A program made the translations under genes and the position numbers. A stretch of DNA of 64,000 nucleotides. Source: Macrostomum lignano. Its lineage: Eukaryota. Below, piece by piece: positions 13,031 through 26,653 of the stretch. Positions within the stretch are counted from its first letter, which is position 1, and each line of letters opens with the position of its first letter. The notes under the pieces are model-generated. The model saw only the letters and a list, made by a program, of their open reading frames with translations. It searched no databases and was not told where the DNA came from. Location of the stretch: the NCBI GenBank assembly GCA_002269645.1, contig NIVC01002768.1, positions 62,001-126,000 of the forward strand. Reading direction: 5' to 3'.

Positions 13031-13633
13031 ATCTGGCCATTAGAATCTGGCCATTAGAATCTGGCCATTAGAATCTGGCCATTAGAATCTGGCCATTAGA
13101 ATCTGGCCATTAGAATCTGGCCATTAGAATCTGGCCATTAGAATCTGGCCATTAGAATCTGGCCATTAGAATCTGGCCATTAGAATCTGGCCATTAGAAT
13201 CTGGCCATTAGAATCTGGCCATTAGAATCTGGCCATTAGAATCTGGCCATTAGAATCTGGCCATTAGAATCTGGCCATTAGAATCTGGCCATTAGAATCT
13301 GGCCATTAGAATCTGGCCATTAGAATCTGGCCATTAGAATCTGGCCATTAGAATCTGGCCATTAGAATCTGGCCATTAGAATCTGGCCATTAGAATCTGG
13401 CCATTAGAATCTGGCCATTAGAATCTGGCCATTAGAATCTGGCCATTAGAATCTGGCCATTAGAATCTGGCCATTAGAATCTGGCCATTAGAATCTGGCC
13501 ATTAGAATCTGGCCATTAGAATCTGGCCATTAGAATCTGGCCATTAGAATCTGGCCATTAGAATCTGGCCATTAGAATCTGGCCATTAGAATCTGGCCAT
13601 TAGAATCTGGCCATTAGAATCTGGCCATTAGAA
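13030..13633. repeat. 14-bp minisatellite AATCTGGCCATTAG, about 43 copies
   Basis: Near-perfect array directly at the SINE 3' end. Confidence 0.97.
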
Positions 13634-15227
13634 ACGAGTACTTTGGAAAAAAATTGACCCTTATTGTCGAAGTTTTCCTCACGAAAATGCAGATTTAGGG
13701 AAGAGCTTGAAGATTCCGCTTTTCAAGATTAGCAACATTACTATAATTATCCATTCGCTAAATATGGGGGAATTAATTTTACCTTTAGTTGGGCATCAAA
13801 TTACCGCCTCCCTTAACGCGACGCGTGAGTCTGCTTCTTTCAATTCGCAAAAGGGATGGATGCAGCCGCCCAACCCAAAGGGGGATGCGAGGACAGCCCT
13901 GCCCAGCCGCCACACTATAATTGAGCGATTTCTCTCATTCACTCGCTTCATCACTTTCTAAAGAGATCGCCTAAGGACTAAAAAATCCCCTCGGAGATTC
14001 CGGCTTAGAGACACAGGAAATTGGAAGGGGCTCGGGTTCTTCTTTGTCAAAGTAAGCAAATAAGTCAATGGAGAGAAAGGCAGAAAGTTAGTCTCCCATG
14101 GGACAAATAAAAGTTTCAGATCCCTAATCCCAACAAATAAGCCGCACTAAAAAAGCACCAAGCAATCCCCTCCACTAATTAATGACACAATTCTAATTGC
14201 AACAGCAGTTTAGCGCAGTCAGGCCGCAAGAAGAAACTCATTTTGCATGGCCAGACTTGGCCTTCATCCACTGGCCCAGCGTCGAGAGGAGTTGTTTTGG
14301 GGAGATTCTCCCCTGTTTGAGTTAATTGGACAATGCTTTTTGGGCAATGGGCAGAGCAAGTCGGCCATAAGCTTCAAGCAGCATTCACAAGACGGCTGAT
14401 TTCTCTTTGTAGTAAAAAATAAAGGCTAAGCAGCGGGGAAAAAAGTTTTTGGCCAGTAAGTTTAAAAGAAGGCGGTTGGGGGTTTAGCGGGACGCCGCGT
14501 CCCAGGCCCCCCCCCCTGTCTCTTGCTCTTCTGCGGCTGCGGCGGCGGCGAAAAAAAAGCATTTTTTTTGTCGGCACTGCCGCTTCTGTGCCGCCTGCTG
14601 ACAGAGTAAACACAGCGGCAGAAAGAGAAGAAAAAATCCCGGAGGGGGTGAATAGAAAAGAGCGAACAAGAGAGGTTGGGTGGCGCTTGCAGCTCGTCAG
14701 TCGTCAAGCGCCGTTCAAAGAGAAGCGCCGCGCCTTTCAAAAGCCGACCAATTGAAAAGTTGAAAATCGCCGCGTCCTCAAATACGCGAAATAGCGGCAG
14801 GGGATCAGGCGGGTGGGCAGCGCAGATGGAAAACTACAATAACTGAGAGGTCTGGGCTGGGAGAGCCGGCAACAGCTGCTGCCCCTGTTGCTGCTGCTGC
14901 TGCACAGTGTTCCGAGATTTCCATAGTCAGGAAAAGAGCCTTCCTGCAGTGAATCGCGGTCCGTGGGCCTGCTGTACATTGGGCCAATGGGGGGTGGGTG
15001 CTGGTGGGCCTGTGGACCTGACGTCTCCTCCGCGATGCCCCTGCGAGCGTATTGAGTTGCCGCTGTCACAAATGTGAAGAGAAGAGGTGTGCGACCAGGG
15101 ACTCCTAGGAACTAGCATCAGTGGACTGGAAGCTCGAAAAGAAGATACTTTCACAATGATGCTATTTCTGTAGCCTTTGCAAATTATTTAATAATGAAAA
15201 TGACGAAAATTTATGAAAATGACATTA

Positions 15228-15830
15228 GGGGGCCGTAGCCAAGTGGTCAAGCACGGCGCTCTGATGTGCCAGCGGCCCAGGCTCGATTCCAAGTGTAGTC
15301 GCATTAATTTGGGGCTTAAACTGGAATCTCGGCTTGGCATTGCTCGTGCGACTTACTGCCTTGAAGGCCAACCCCCAAGGCACAGTAAAGTGTACATGCC
15401 TAACGATAAATAAAGTTAGGGCCGCTGTACACTCCTGTGTGAGTGTGTGCCTGTGCGTGTGACTGCGTACGTATCCGCGCGCTTGTGTGCTTGCTCAGGG
15501 GAGTCGGCGGAATGGGCAGCAATGCCTCTCGCCGGTTGTGTGCGACAATGTCGCTTGAAGTGCGCCTGGGTGCACACAGCCCCCGGCCTCTAATAATAAA
15601 AAACCTAAATCAAAGGTGTGATGGCATCGTTGGTTTCATAAATCCACGACACCACGATAGGTGATGCTGTTAAAACTCATTAAACTTATTAACACAATCA
15701 ACTCTTAGACCAAATTGAATTCGCGCCACATTTGCTGGCAAATTCATAGAAAGTAGCTAGCAGTTTGATCGTCAAAGATTCTAAGAAACCAACCTCTCAA
15801 CTTCAAATTGAATTCAACAGTTTCCAGTCC
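15228..15830 (+). mobile_element. tRNA-derived SINE-like repeat (family A)
   Basis: A-box TAGCCAAGTGG, B-box GGCTCGATTCC. Strongly similar copy at 43439-44020, headless copy at 33670-34110, distant relative at about 17780-17950. Confidence 0.8.
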
Positions 15831-16395
15831 ATTGATGCTATTTCTAGGAGTCCCTGGGCCGTGCCACGGTCGAGCCCTTGCATTGAGGTTTCTATACTGG
15901 CAATTCAGGCAAAATTAATGCTGATAAGAGAGCTGAATTCATCAAGCCTCTTCATTTCCGCGTGTATGACCTTTGGCCCTATGATCGAAGTCATTGTCGA
16001 AGAGTTCTTTTCACTTTCTACCTACCCTCTTCCAACCAAATTGACAAGCTGAAGTCACAAGGGGCGCCAGCTCTTGGAGCACTTGACCCGCTCTGGCTCG
16101 GGCTGCATTGTATTGCCAATGACGCTTTCCCAGAACAGAAGTGATGGGCAGCCAACTGGAAAATGGCTGCTATGAGTGAAAAAGAGAGACTGCGAGGTCG
16201 ACATCAACAATAATAAGACGAGACGAAGTGGGAAGCGAGGAGAGGATCTGGAACAAAGCTTCCACACTTTATCAGCCCGCCCCCCCCCCCTGTTCATCAC
16301 AGAAACTCTTTTATGTTAGAGAATTTCAAGCCCCATCTTTAGTTTTCATATCTTTGCTCTGACAGGATATCGCAGGAATCTTCCTCCCAATTCTT

Positions 16396-17555
16396 TCACT
16401 CTAGCACCTGCCATCCTCATACTGTCACTCTAGCACCTGCCATCCTCATACTGTCACTCTAGCACCTGCCATCCTCATACTGTCACTCTAGCACCTGCCA
16501 TCCTCACACTGTCACTCTAGCACCTGCCATCCTCACACTGTCACTCTAGCACCTGCCATCCTCATACTGTCACTCTAGCACCTGCCATCCTCATACTGTC
16601 ACTCTAGCACCTGCCATCCTCATACTGTCACTCTAGCACCTGCCATCCTCATACTGTCACTCTAGCACCTGCCATCCTCATACTGTCACTCTAGCACCTG
16701 CCATCCTCATACTGTCACTCTAGCACCTGCCATCCTCATACTGTCACTCTAGCACCTGCCATCCTCATACTGTCACTCTAGCACCTGCCATCCTCATACT
16801 GTCACTCTAGCACCTGCCATCCTCATACTGTCACTCTAGCACCTGCCATCCTCACACTGTCATTTTCACACTGTCACTCACACTGTCACTCTAGCACCTG
16901 CCATCCTCACACTGTCATTTTCACACTGTCACTCACACTGTCACTCTAGCACCTGCCATCCTCACACTGTCATTTTCACACTGTCACTCACACTGTCACT
17001 CTAGCACGTGCCATCCTCACACTGTCATTTTCACACTTTCACTCACACTGTCACTCTAGCACCTGCCATCCTCATACTGTCAATTTCACACTGTCACTCA
17101 CACTGTCATTTTCACACTGTCACTCTCACACTGTCATCCTCACACTGTCACTCTCACACTGTCATCCTCACACTGTCATCCTCACACTGTCACTCTCACA
17201 CTGTCATCCTCACACTGACACTCTCACACTGTCATCCTCACACTGTCACTCTCACATTGTCATCCTCACACTGTCATTTTCACACTTTCACTCACACTGT
17301 CACTCTAGCACCTGCCATCCTCATACTGTCAATTTCACACTGTCACTCACACTGTCATTTTCACACTGTCACTCTCACACTGTCATCCTCACACTGTCAC
17401 TCTCACACTGTCATCCTCACACTGTCATCCTCACACTGTCACTCTCACACTGTCATCCTCACACTGTCATCCTCACACTGACACTCTCACACTGTCATCC
17501 TCACACTGTCACTCTCACACTGTCATTTTCACACTGACACTCTCACACTGACACC
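16396..17555. repeat. 29-bp minisatellite TCACTCTAGCACCTGCCATCCTCATACTG decaying into 14-15 bp subunits
   Basis: Direct reading. Confidence 0.93.
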
Positions 17556-18220
17556 CCAGCACTGCTATCCTCGCATTGCCACTCTCCTAATCTCTCTCTT
17601 ACTTAAACAACAATCTTAACGAGGCACTGAAACATAAAGTTCAAGGATCCACAATCAAAACATTTAATTCAGCGGCTGTCAAAATTAAAATTTTATAAAC
17701 TTCACCGAGGGTTAAAACGGAAATGATTGACAGTAAATTTGGAACTAAAGGCTGTGGGAGACATGGGGACTGAGGACTAACATCCTCTGACTGTCACGCC
17801 CAGAAGCCCCTGGTTCGATTCCGCGCATCAACTTGAGGCTCTGTGCACAAAAATTTGGCCCGGAGGCCCGGATTCAAGCCAACGATGGCCAGATTCCCAA
17901 GGCACAGAGAGCGCTCATGCCTGAGGATGTACACCTAGTGTGGGTGCTCAGGGGTCCCTCTCTGATTCTGACTGTCCTGACTGCGCCAGGATTTCCCAAA
18001 GCCCCCAAATCCGAGAACTCATAAACTGGCCTTATCTTTGGAGCAGAAGCATTCCGACTGTAAAAAGACTAAAGTTGCGATGAGAGGCCTTTATGCAGCT
18101 TTCCCTGATAAGAGAATCTGGAGTGAGGGGGGGGGGCACTCCAGCATGAAATGGAGAGAGAGAATAATAAAGAATGGCAATAATGGAAGTACGCTAGCGG
18201 GAGAAAAGAGAGCAAGGATG

Positions 18221-18255
<35 letters not shown>

Positions 18256-19156
18256 ATAAACTGCAGACCGCGGGTCCTCTTTATCCCAAATCTCATCCTA
18301 CTTAGCGGAGAAAAGGGGAAACGGGTGAATCTGGCAGTACCAACTCTTCATGCACACAGTGCAGCCTGACTGTGTCTGCGCTAGCCGTTCGCTCAAGCAC
18401 GCTGACTTGTTGGCGTTTGAGTCCAAGTGGATGGGGGGGGGAGAAAGCCGGTGGAGGAGAAGGGATCAGCGACTGTGATAACGAATTGAAACTGGGGCAG
18501 CGGGGAGCCAGATTTGTGCCAGTGCCAGCAGAACTGATGGGGCGGCGGCTTGGCTGCCTGCCAGCCCGGGGGGGGGGGTTGGCGGGGCGAGGTTTTTTCA
18601 CTAATAACACAGAAGGACCCTGGGAACAGAGCTCGGCTTAGGAGCTGTGAGTCATCAACTAGCCCGCGCTTAGTTTTAGAGGGATTTAGGAGCGGGTGCT
18701 GGGGTGCAGAAGCGGTAGGGAATTTGGATAGGTAGAAAGCAGTCTTGTCTGGAGAGAGCGGGGGGCGAGAGAGAGAGAGAGCGAGAGTGTAAGTTGCGGT
18801 TTTGGCCTGACCAGCAAGTATTCCTTTCGGCACTGCTAGGAATGCCATACTTTTTCAAGAGCCGCGGCCACGTCCGTGAAGGCACGCATTGACCAGGGCT
18901 TGAATGTGGAGTTGGAGGATTTTACTTTCCATTCAAGCAAGCAATTGCGCGTCTTTTAATTCTGTACTGTTTTCAGAATTTCGGTTAAGCAATAATTTGT
19001 TTGCCTGTGCAAACAGTGCATCTGTATGTAGGCTGTGCACTTTTGTCTTGATTGTGCAGCCGCTTGCACCTAAGGTAGCTGTGTGTAGAGCACGAATACC
19101 TCCGAAAAATTCAATTCGCGAAACCAGCAAATGGACTTTGAAAAACAAAACCACTT

Positions 19157-20063
19157 TGACAGAGTGTTACAGAGACACCTGAAAGATTTGAGAGTGACTG
19201 CGAAGACACCTGAGGGTGCTGAAAGTGACTGCAGACACCTGGAGGTGCGGAGAGTGACTGCAGAGACACCTGAAGTATAGAAGAGTGACTAAAGAGATAC
19301 TTGAAGGTGCGGAGAGTAACTAGAGACACCTGAAAGTAGGTATAGTTACTTCAGAGACACCTGAAGAAGTGGAGAGTAACTAAGGAGACACCTGAACGTG
19401 CGGAATAGTGACTACAGAGACATCTGAAGGATCAGAGAGTAACTACAGAGACACCTGAAGGATCAGAGAGTGACTACAGAGACACCTGAAGGATCAGAGA
19501 GAGATTACAGAGACACCTGAAGGATCAGAGAGTGACTACAGAGACACCTGAATGATCAGAGAGTGACTACAGAGACACCTGAAGGATCAGAGAGTGAGTG
19601 ACTACAGAGACACCTGAAGGATCAGAGAGTGACTACAGAGACACCTGAAGGATCAGAGAGTGAGTGACTACAGAGACACCTGAAGGATCAGAGAGTGATT
19701 ACAGAGACACCTGAGGTGCAGAGAGTAACTACAGAGACACCTGAAGGATCAGAGAGTGATTACAGAGACACCTGAAGGATCAGAGAGTGACTACAGACAC
19801 CTGAAGGATCAGAGAGTGACTACAGAGACACCTGAAGGATCAGAGAGTGACTACAGAGACACCTGAAGGATCAGAGAGTGACTACAGAGACACCTGAGGT
19901 GCAGAGAGTAACTACAGAGACACCTGAAGGATCAGAGAGTGATTACAGAGACACCTGAAGGATCAGAGAGTGATTACAGAGACACCTGAAGGATCAGAGA
20001 GTGACTACAGAGACACCTGAAGGATCAGAGAGTGACTACAGAGACACCTGAGGTGCAGAGATT
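19157..20063. repeat. 31-bp minisatellite GAGACACCTGAAGGATCAGAGAGTGACTACA
   Basis: Direct reading; left-hand copies more diverged. Confidence 0.94.
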
Positions 20064-23000
20064 GACTGCATGCAAAAAGCGCAAAATGATTTGACAATGC
20101 CCTTACCGGATGAGGATGCAGCTGTGAAGGCAGTTAGCGCTAGTGCACCATTCACTGCCGGGCTATACGGATGAAAGGAAGCCGATTCGCAGCTTGGATG
20201 ATTGAAGCCTCGAATGTCTGACATAATGATCCTTTCCGGACTGTCCCGGTTGTCAGGTTAGTTGGGCAAGTTATGACAATGATTTCAAATCTCGGAGTGC
20301 TTCTGCAGTTCAAACAGCTTATTTCAGAACATCTGGAATGTGCAGCAAAGTATTGTATATAGTAATTAATAATAGTCAACGTCATATGCATGGATAATGT
20401 GCATTCTAAAAGTACTCACTGACTCGATGAATGGAAACTATCGATAACCACCCTTTTTATCAACTATATTAGGCATTCAAATATCGGATAAATCTATTAT
20501 TTATCAGAAGCGCTGACTGCGCACACAAATGCAAGAGAAAACTTGGACCGACTGCTTGGCAACTGGCTGGGTCGCGAAAAGAGAGACAGGAGCCGTCCAG
20601 CGGCGTGGGTCTCCCCTGCCCATTATCAGTCGCTGATTGGAGGAGGCCCATTCAGCCAAACGACTTGCTTGCTTTTTTACTGACACTGTGAGCCCTCCTT
20701 CGACTCGATCTGCTAAGCGTTTTACTTCGAGTGTTGTGAGAATTCCTTGCAAGCTGAAGAATTGCTGAAATTATATTCTACTAACTTGCGAGGAATTAAT
20801 ACTCCGGGAGCATCCGGGAGGATTTGTGAGGATTTTGAGGGATTATTTTGAGCATGAGCACGAGTCCGCATGCCTTGATATGAGTTACCATAAGCGTGAC
20901 TGAGCTAAAATTTGCATACTTGACTGCTTTTTCTTCTGGTCTTCAAAACTGAACTCAAGACGGAAAGTTGAGTAATAAAGTCTTACCTTTCTCCAAGCAG
21001 AGAGGTGTCGTCAGCTCTTCTGACTCAATTATTGTCGTTTGGAAAACTCTTATACTTTTCGAAAGCAGCTGTGTAGCCTGCAATATATATTGTAGCTGTT
21101 TAATCGCAAAGGAACAAAGAAACCCTGCCTTCTTGTCCAGTTCCTAGCAAAATTCGTTACTAGTTAGGAGTGATGCGGAGAGCAAGGAGGGGTGCTATAA
21201 AAGCTTTGCAAAACGAACCCTTGGGGTGGTTGGGGCTGGCCTGGTATTGGATAGAGAGACAGGGCAAGAGACCAGAAGGCCAGAAGCTAACACGCACTAA
21301 ACAAAGACTTGAATTAGTGTGTCAAAGCTTTCCTTTCTTCTTTATATTCGCATCACCATCTTCTTGGCGCACAACAAATTTGGAGAATCGGGTCTGGGGG
21401 TGCATGGAACACTAGCCAATGAGAGCGCATCTGGCAGCGTTTCCGGCCCTGGATGTGGGGACTCGGAGGCAATTGATGGCGCGGTAGGATTTAGCGAGCG
21501 CTGGAGGGGGGCAGTGATATAGCGATGACGAATCCCCTGGGGGTTGGCCATGGGGTGTCACAGGATTTTGTTTTATCGGAAGTAGGAAGTGGAAATGTCT
21601 TGCTTTTTTTAAAGCATCCCACAGAATTTCGAAAATGTGATTTTGAAATCCTGCCACGAAAGAGCGTTGTCGTATTGACGACCTTGTATTGCACCTGAAT
21701 TGACTCATGGATTCGGCAACCAGAGCGATTTAATTTTCCTATTTGGAATTCTATGGATTACAGCACTTGGCAAACAGGAAAAATATGGATGATCTATCTT
21801 TCATCACCGCATGGCATGGATTTTGGACAATAGGAAACCCACTAAGGGCTTGTTTATGGGTCAATGCGCGGGCCCGGAGGTCAGAATTATTTCTTCCTGT
21901 TTTACGAGCAGTGTGAGAAATGGCACAATTGCATGTACTTTTATGCTTTACAAATATCACATCTGATTTTAGTATAAAACTACTGTAACAGATAGTTGTA
22001 GTTGTACGTCTACATGTATTTTGTATCTAGATACCGCGTTTAGGTCTTAGGTGTATTCGTTACATAGAACATGCGTGTAGTACGTATCAACGTTGAACTT
22101 TAGCTTAATGTATTTTCATGATAGCCAAATTAAAATAAGACGTAGGCAACTGATTACAAGCTACCATAAATTTATCTTGAAAGATGTAAAAGTTCAACGA
22201 ACTACCATAGGTTCATTATTTTGCTTTCATCAGACTATACTGGCGCAGAATTTCTTCAAGGAAGTGGGCAACTCATAAGCATACGTGTACAAAAAAACGT
22301 GTATGTAACCCAAAATGTGCCACAAATTCAAGATGCACAGTATAGCTTGGCGCCCACACTTTAATTATTTTTCTTTTCCAGAAGAAAATCGGACTTTGAA
22401 ATCGATACAAAATCGATTTACAGCTGCATGGCAATGGCAACCAGAAATTATCACAAAGGCAGCAGGGGCGCATCCGGGGGGGGGGGCAAGGGGCCTGCAT
22501 GGTCCCTCAGCTTGCCTCGGCCAAAAAAATTGGGCCATACTTTTTTATTGCAAACTTATGCGAGGTCTATTTTCAATATTGGGGTGTAGTGCTTGGTATA
22601 GCTTGCATCCTCTAAAATTTTCTGGATCCGAGCCTGAAAGCCATTCTGATTCATTTAACTAGTGAATTATTGTATTACATGTATATATATTGCACCGATA
22701 CAGTGAATTTGTGAACTAGTTCAACAGTGGACCACGGAAATATTACTTTTTTAAACAAAGAAACAATTCTAAAACATATAATATCTTTGAGAATTATAGT
22801 ATTTTTTTTTCATATAGAGTTTTCTTAGTTTCTTTTTTTTAAAAATTATTTCTCGAGCATATAGTGATTTTTATTTAAATTTCTATTACACTGATTGATT
22901 AAAGTTCTTCTAGACTGTAATTAATTAACGCTTGATGAACACTCGAAAGCCTAGGTTATCGCATTGCAGGTTTCTCTTCGTTTGCTGGTCTGATTGTATT

Positions 23001-24627
23001 AGTCATACTCGTAGGTTAGCTTTTAGCTTGCTATTTTTTTTACTTTGTCAAGAAACATAGCAAGCTGACACCTGAGCAGCCCAATCTAAATAATCTTTGA
23101 TAAATAGGAAGGCAAAAATCAACATTAAATTAATTTAATTGAACGACGCGTTTTGCACGATACTATTGCTATTAAAATAACCTTGTCTATATTTTATTAT
23201 CAAGTAGTTTACTAGTTAGCTTGTATATTTGAAATTGTACATGTGTAACCCTCCCCATAGTCTTCATCATGCTGGGTGGGTGCATGCCCAAACAAAAATT
23301 AAATTGTTGCAAATGCATGCAAAAAAATTTAAGTGCATACCCATACTCTCAAATCTAGGTTAATATTGCAACAATAAAATGACCTTTTTGTGTTGCAATT
23401 GCAACAGTAAATGACCTTTCTTGCATTGTATAAAGGACCCTTTTTGGCTGATAATTTAGTTGATTATTTTTCTTTCCTATTTTTATTATTTTAGAAAAAA
23501 CTATTTTATTAGACCTATTATGCATGCCAACTGTGCATGTCCCACATTCTGGATCATGTAGTATATGCCCAAAAATATGGGCCTGTATTGGCCTTGTATA
23601 CCAAAAGTTAGGTGTTCAAAGTTGGTATACTGTGTATGACTCCTAAGAAAATAGTATGCATATACACCTAGTGTTTATTTTTCAACCTACTTTGGCAAAA
23701 GAATTTTTGGCAAAAGTCAATAATGGCAAAAAATACTCTTGCAATGACCATTTCATCTAAAGCTGACCATTTTGGTGAAAAATTTATTCCAAGCTTTGCT
23801 GAAAAGCTTTTTTATTTTAAAAGAAAGTTAAAAAGTAAAACAACAAACTTTATAAAGATTAATTTTATCATGGCATGTTTTTGTTTTGTCGCAGTTTAAT
23901 TTAGTTGTTTTATTAGATGCCCTTCCATTACAGCAGAATTTCAAAGTACAATTTTAAAAGCCTGGATAATCTAAAAAACCTCATCATCATCATCACTAGC
24001 TAATCTATTGACTGCATATCAATAGATCCCATGTACATAAAATAGCTACAAGCTAAGTCATGAGTCTTTTAATTTTCTAACTGTAAATAATTTGCAGCAA
24101 TGGACCATTTATTAAAAGCTTCAATCACCAAAGTGGTATATTTGCAATATATATGTAGCCCATGTTTTTGCCAAACTGGTCACTTTCTTTCGCTGAAATG
24201 TACATCTATTGAAACTTAAAATTCAATTTCGCCAAAGCGTCTTTCGCCGAAAGTTCCTTTGCCAAAATGGGCTGCACCCATTTATTTCATAGAAAAATCA
24301 TAAGTAGAAAAGTTAATTATTAAGTAGAAAAATTAAAAAGTTATTTTTAAGCATAAATTTCAAGTATTCTATTTAAGCTTATTTAATGATGCATTGAAAC
24401 CATGTTTATATGTATCAATTCTTTTACTATAAATAGTATAGACAGAAAAGATAAATAACTAACCAAATTATCAACCAAAAAGGTTCTTTACACAATGCAA
24501 AAAGTAATTTATTATTGCAATCTGGCCTATATTTGAAAGTGTAAATATGCACTTATTTTTTAGTATGTATTTGTATCTGTATTTGTAAAGTATATATAAG
24601 AAATATTGTATATAGATAGGGAGCACC

Positions 24628-24905
24628 CCAACTGCCAGCCAGAAAATTGCCAGCCAACAATTGCCAGCCGACAACTGCCAGCCAACAATTGCCAGCCGAC
24701 AACTGCCAGTCGACAACTGCCAGCCGACAATTGCCAGCCGACAATTGCCAGCCAAGAAAACTTCCAGCCGGAAAACTGCTAGCCAACAACTGCCAGTTGA
24801 CAATTGCCAGTCAACAATTGCCAGCCGAGAAAACTGCCAGCTGGAAAACTGCCAGCTGACAACTGCCAGCCAAGAAATCTGCCAGCTGACAACTGCCAGC
24901 CGACA
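24628..24905. repeat. Degenerate 14-15 bp minisatellite CAACTGCCAGCCGA
   Basis: Direct reading within the AT-rich block. Confidence 0.85.
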
Positions 24906-26653
24906 AGTTCTAGCTAATTGAATCTACTGTAGCCTACTTATTAGCTAAGTAAAAAGCACGAAACTGTTTGGCTAGCAAAAGGCTTGTGGGGTAGCCTTAA
25001 ATGTTGCCCTTCCCTTCCCTAATTTTTTCAGATTTCCATTAGAAAAATTAAAAAATTAGAAAAATTGAATAATTACAAATGTACATCAAAAAATGTAGTG
25101 CACTCCCATTTTTAAAAATATGCTAGTGTTGCGACAATAAAAGACCTTTTTACGTTGTGACAAATAAAATACCTTTTTTAAAATTATGTAATAGACCCTT
25201 ATTACCAGATAATTTGGTTGCTTTTTATGCTTTTTTGGTGATACTATTTATAGCAAAAAATTTATACATGCAAAGATTTGTTTAAATGCTCTTTCACAAG
25301 CTTAAAAAAACTGGAAAGCTTGAAATTTGCACTTAAAATGAACTTTTTTTCATCTTTTTTCAACTTTAAAATATTTCTTATGCATGATTTTATAAAGTGC
25401 ATACCAGGTGTGCACGCATACTATTTTCTCAGGAGTGATGCACGCCAACTGTGTATGCCTAATTTTGGTGTGCGAGGCCAATGCATGCCAGAATTTTTGG
25501 GCATATATTACATGATCCGGAGTGTGATATTATTAGCCTAATACAAAATGCCTTCTGACTTAATTAGTACCAAGTTGCATATTTTAAATAAGCATTTTTG
25601 CAATTTACTTAGCTTGGCTAGGTTTTTTTCCTATGTTTAAAAAACTAATTTCAAGTTTATATTTACTTTTAGTACTAAGGTAATAGTACTAATAAGGTAT
25701 ATCTTGGAAAAAGGAAAATTTTAGCATAAACTAGCTTTATAGCTAGTATTAGTATATATTTTATCACAATCACTTTGTTATACATATAATGTTACTATAT
25801 TAGTATATACTAGTACATTAGGCCTCCCATAGGGGGCATTTAAATAAAAAATTTAAATATTGAAAGCATTAAAAACAATGTTTTTTTCAAATATTGTATA
25901 TATCAATCTGCCAAATAAATCTGAACTAGTTGGGCCCATTAGCTACTAAACCCATTTGCAACTAAACTACCCTTTATATGTTGTAAAATAATAAACAAGA
26001 TCAAATCCATACATGCGCAACCCCCCTGATTTACACTGGCCGTGCTACTTATTTTTTGACCAAAAATGTGACTTACCTGTGAAAAAAACTAAAAAAATTA
26101 ACACAGTTTTTGGTAAACGGCAGGAGTAACCTTGACTGTCTTATTAGGTCGAAATGCCTCAGCATCTAATTAGTATTACGTCCGTATTCTTTGTGGTGGC
26201 ATTTTTGCGACTTACCCTGCTCCACCACAATTTATGGTGACCAGATCGGCCAGGTCGGCCAGCAGTTGCGCATGTATGACAAATCAGTTTAAGGGGTTGA
26301 CACATCAGGCCAGTTTTATAATCTCCTACTCTCTTTTATCAATCATCTATCAGACTGGTTGTAAACAATTAAATTCAGTCAATGCCACAATTAAATTTGA
26401 ATTGAATTTTCTGCTGTAATGTACACCTTCCTGAGTGCAGGAAGTCCTTAGGCAAACTAAAAGCCTTGTTGGGTAAAAAACGATCTTTTTTGGCAAAGGC
26501 TATATTATTTAACTCTTGAAGCTATGGTGTATACCATGTGCCCCACGCTGTTGTTTAGTATTTTTATCACTAATTAAAATTTGATTGAATTCAATTGAAG
26601 ATAAAATGGTAAGTTGGTAACCATTATTCCATAACTTCAGATCTAGAACTTTC

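Noticed and set aside
15228-15310. tRNA gene candidates at A/B boxes (also 12815, 17800, 43440)
   Set aside because: No convincing cloverleaf or oligo-T terminator; continue into shared SINE bodies.
20500-21080. Possible minus-strand exon chain (ATQLLSKSIRVFQTTIIESEE..., good AG/GT sites)
   Set aside because: Joining to the next acceptor meets a stop, and no family was recognised.
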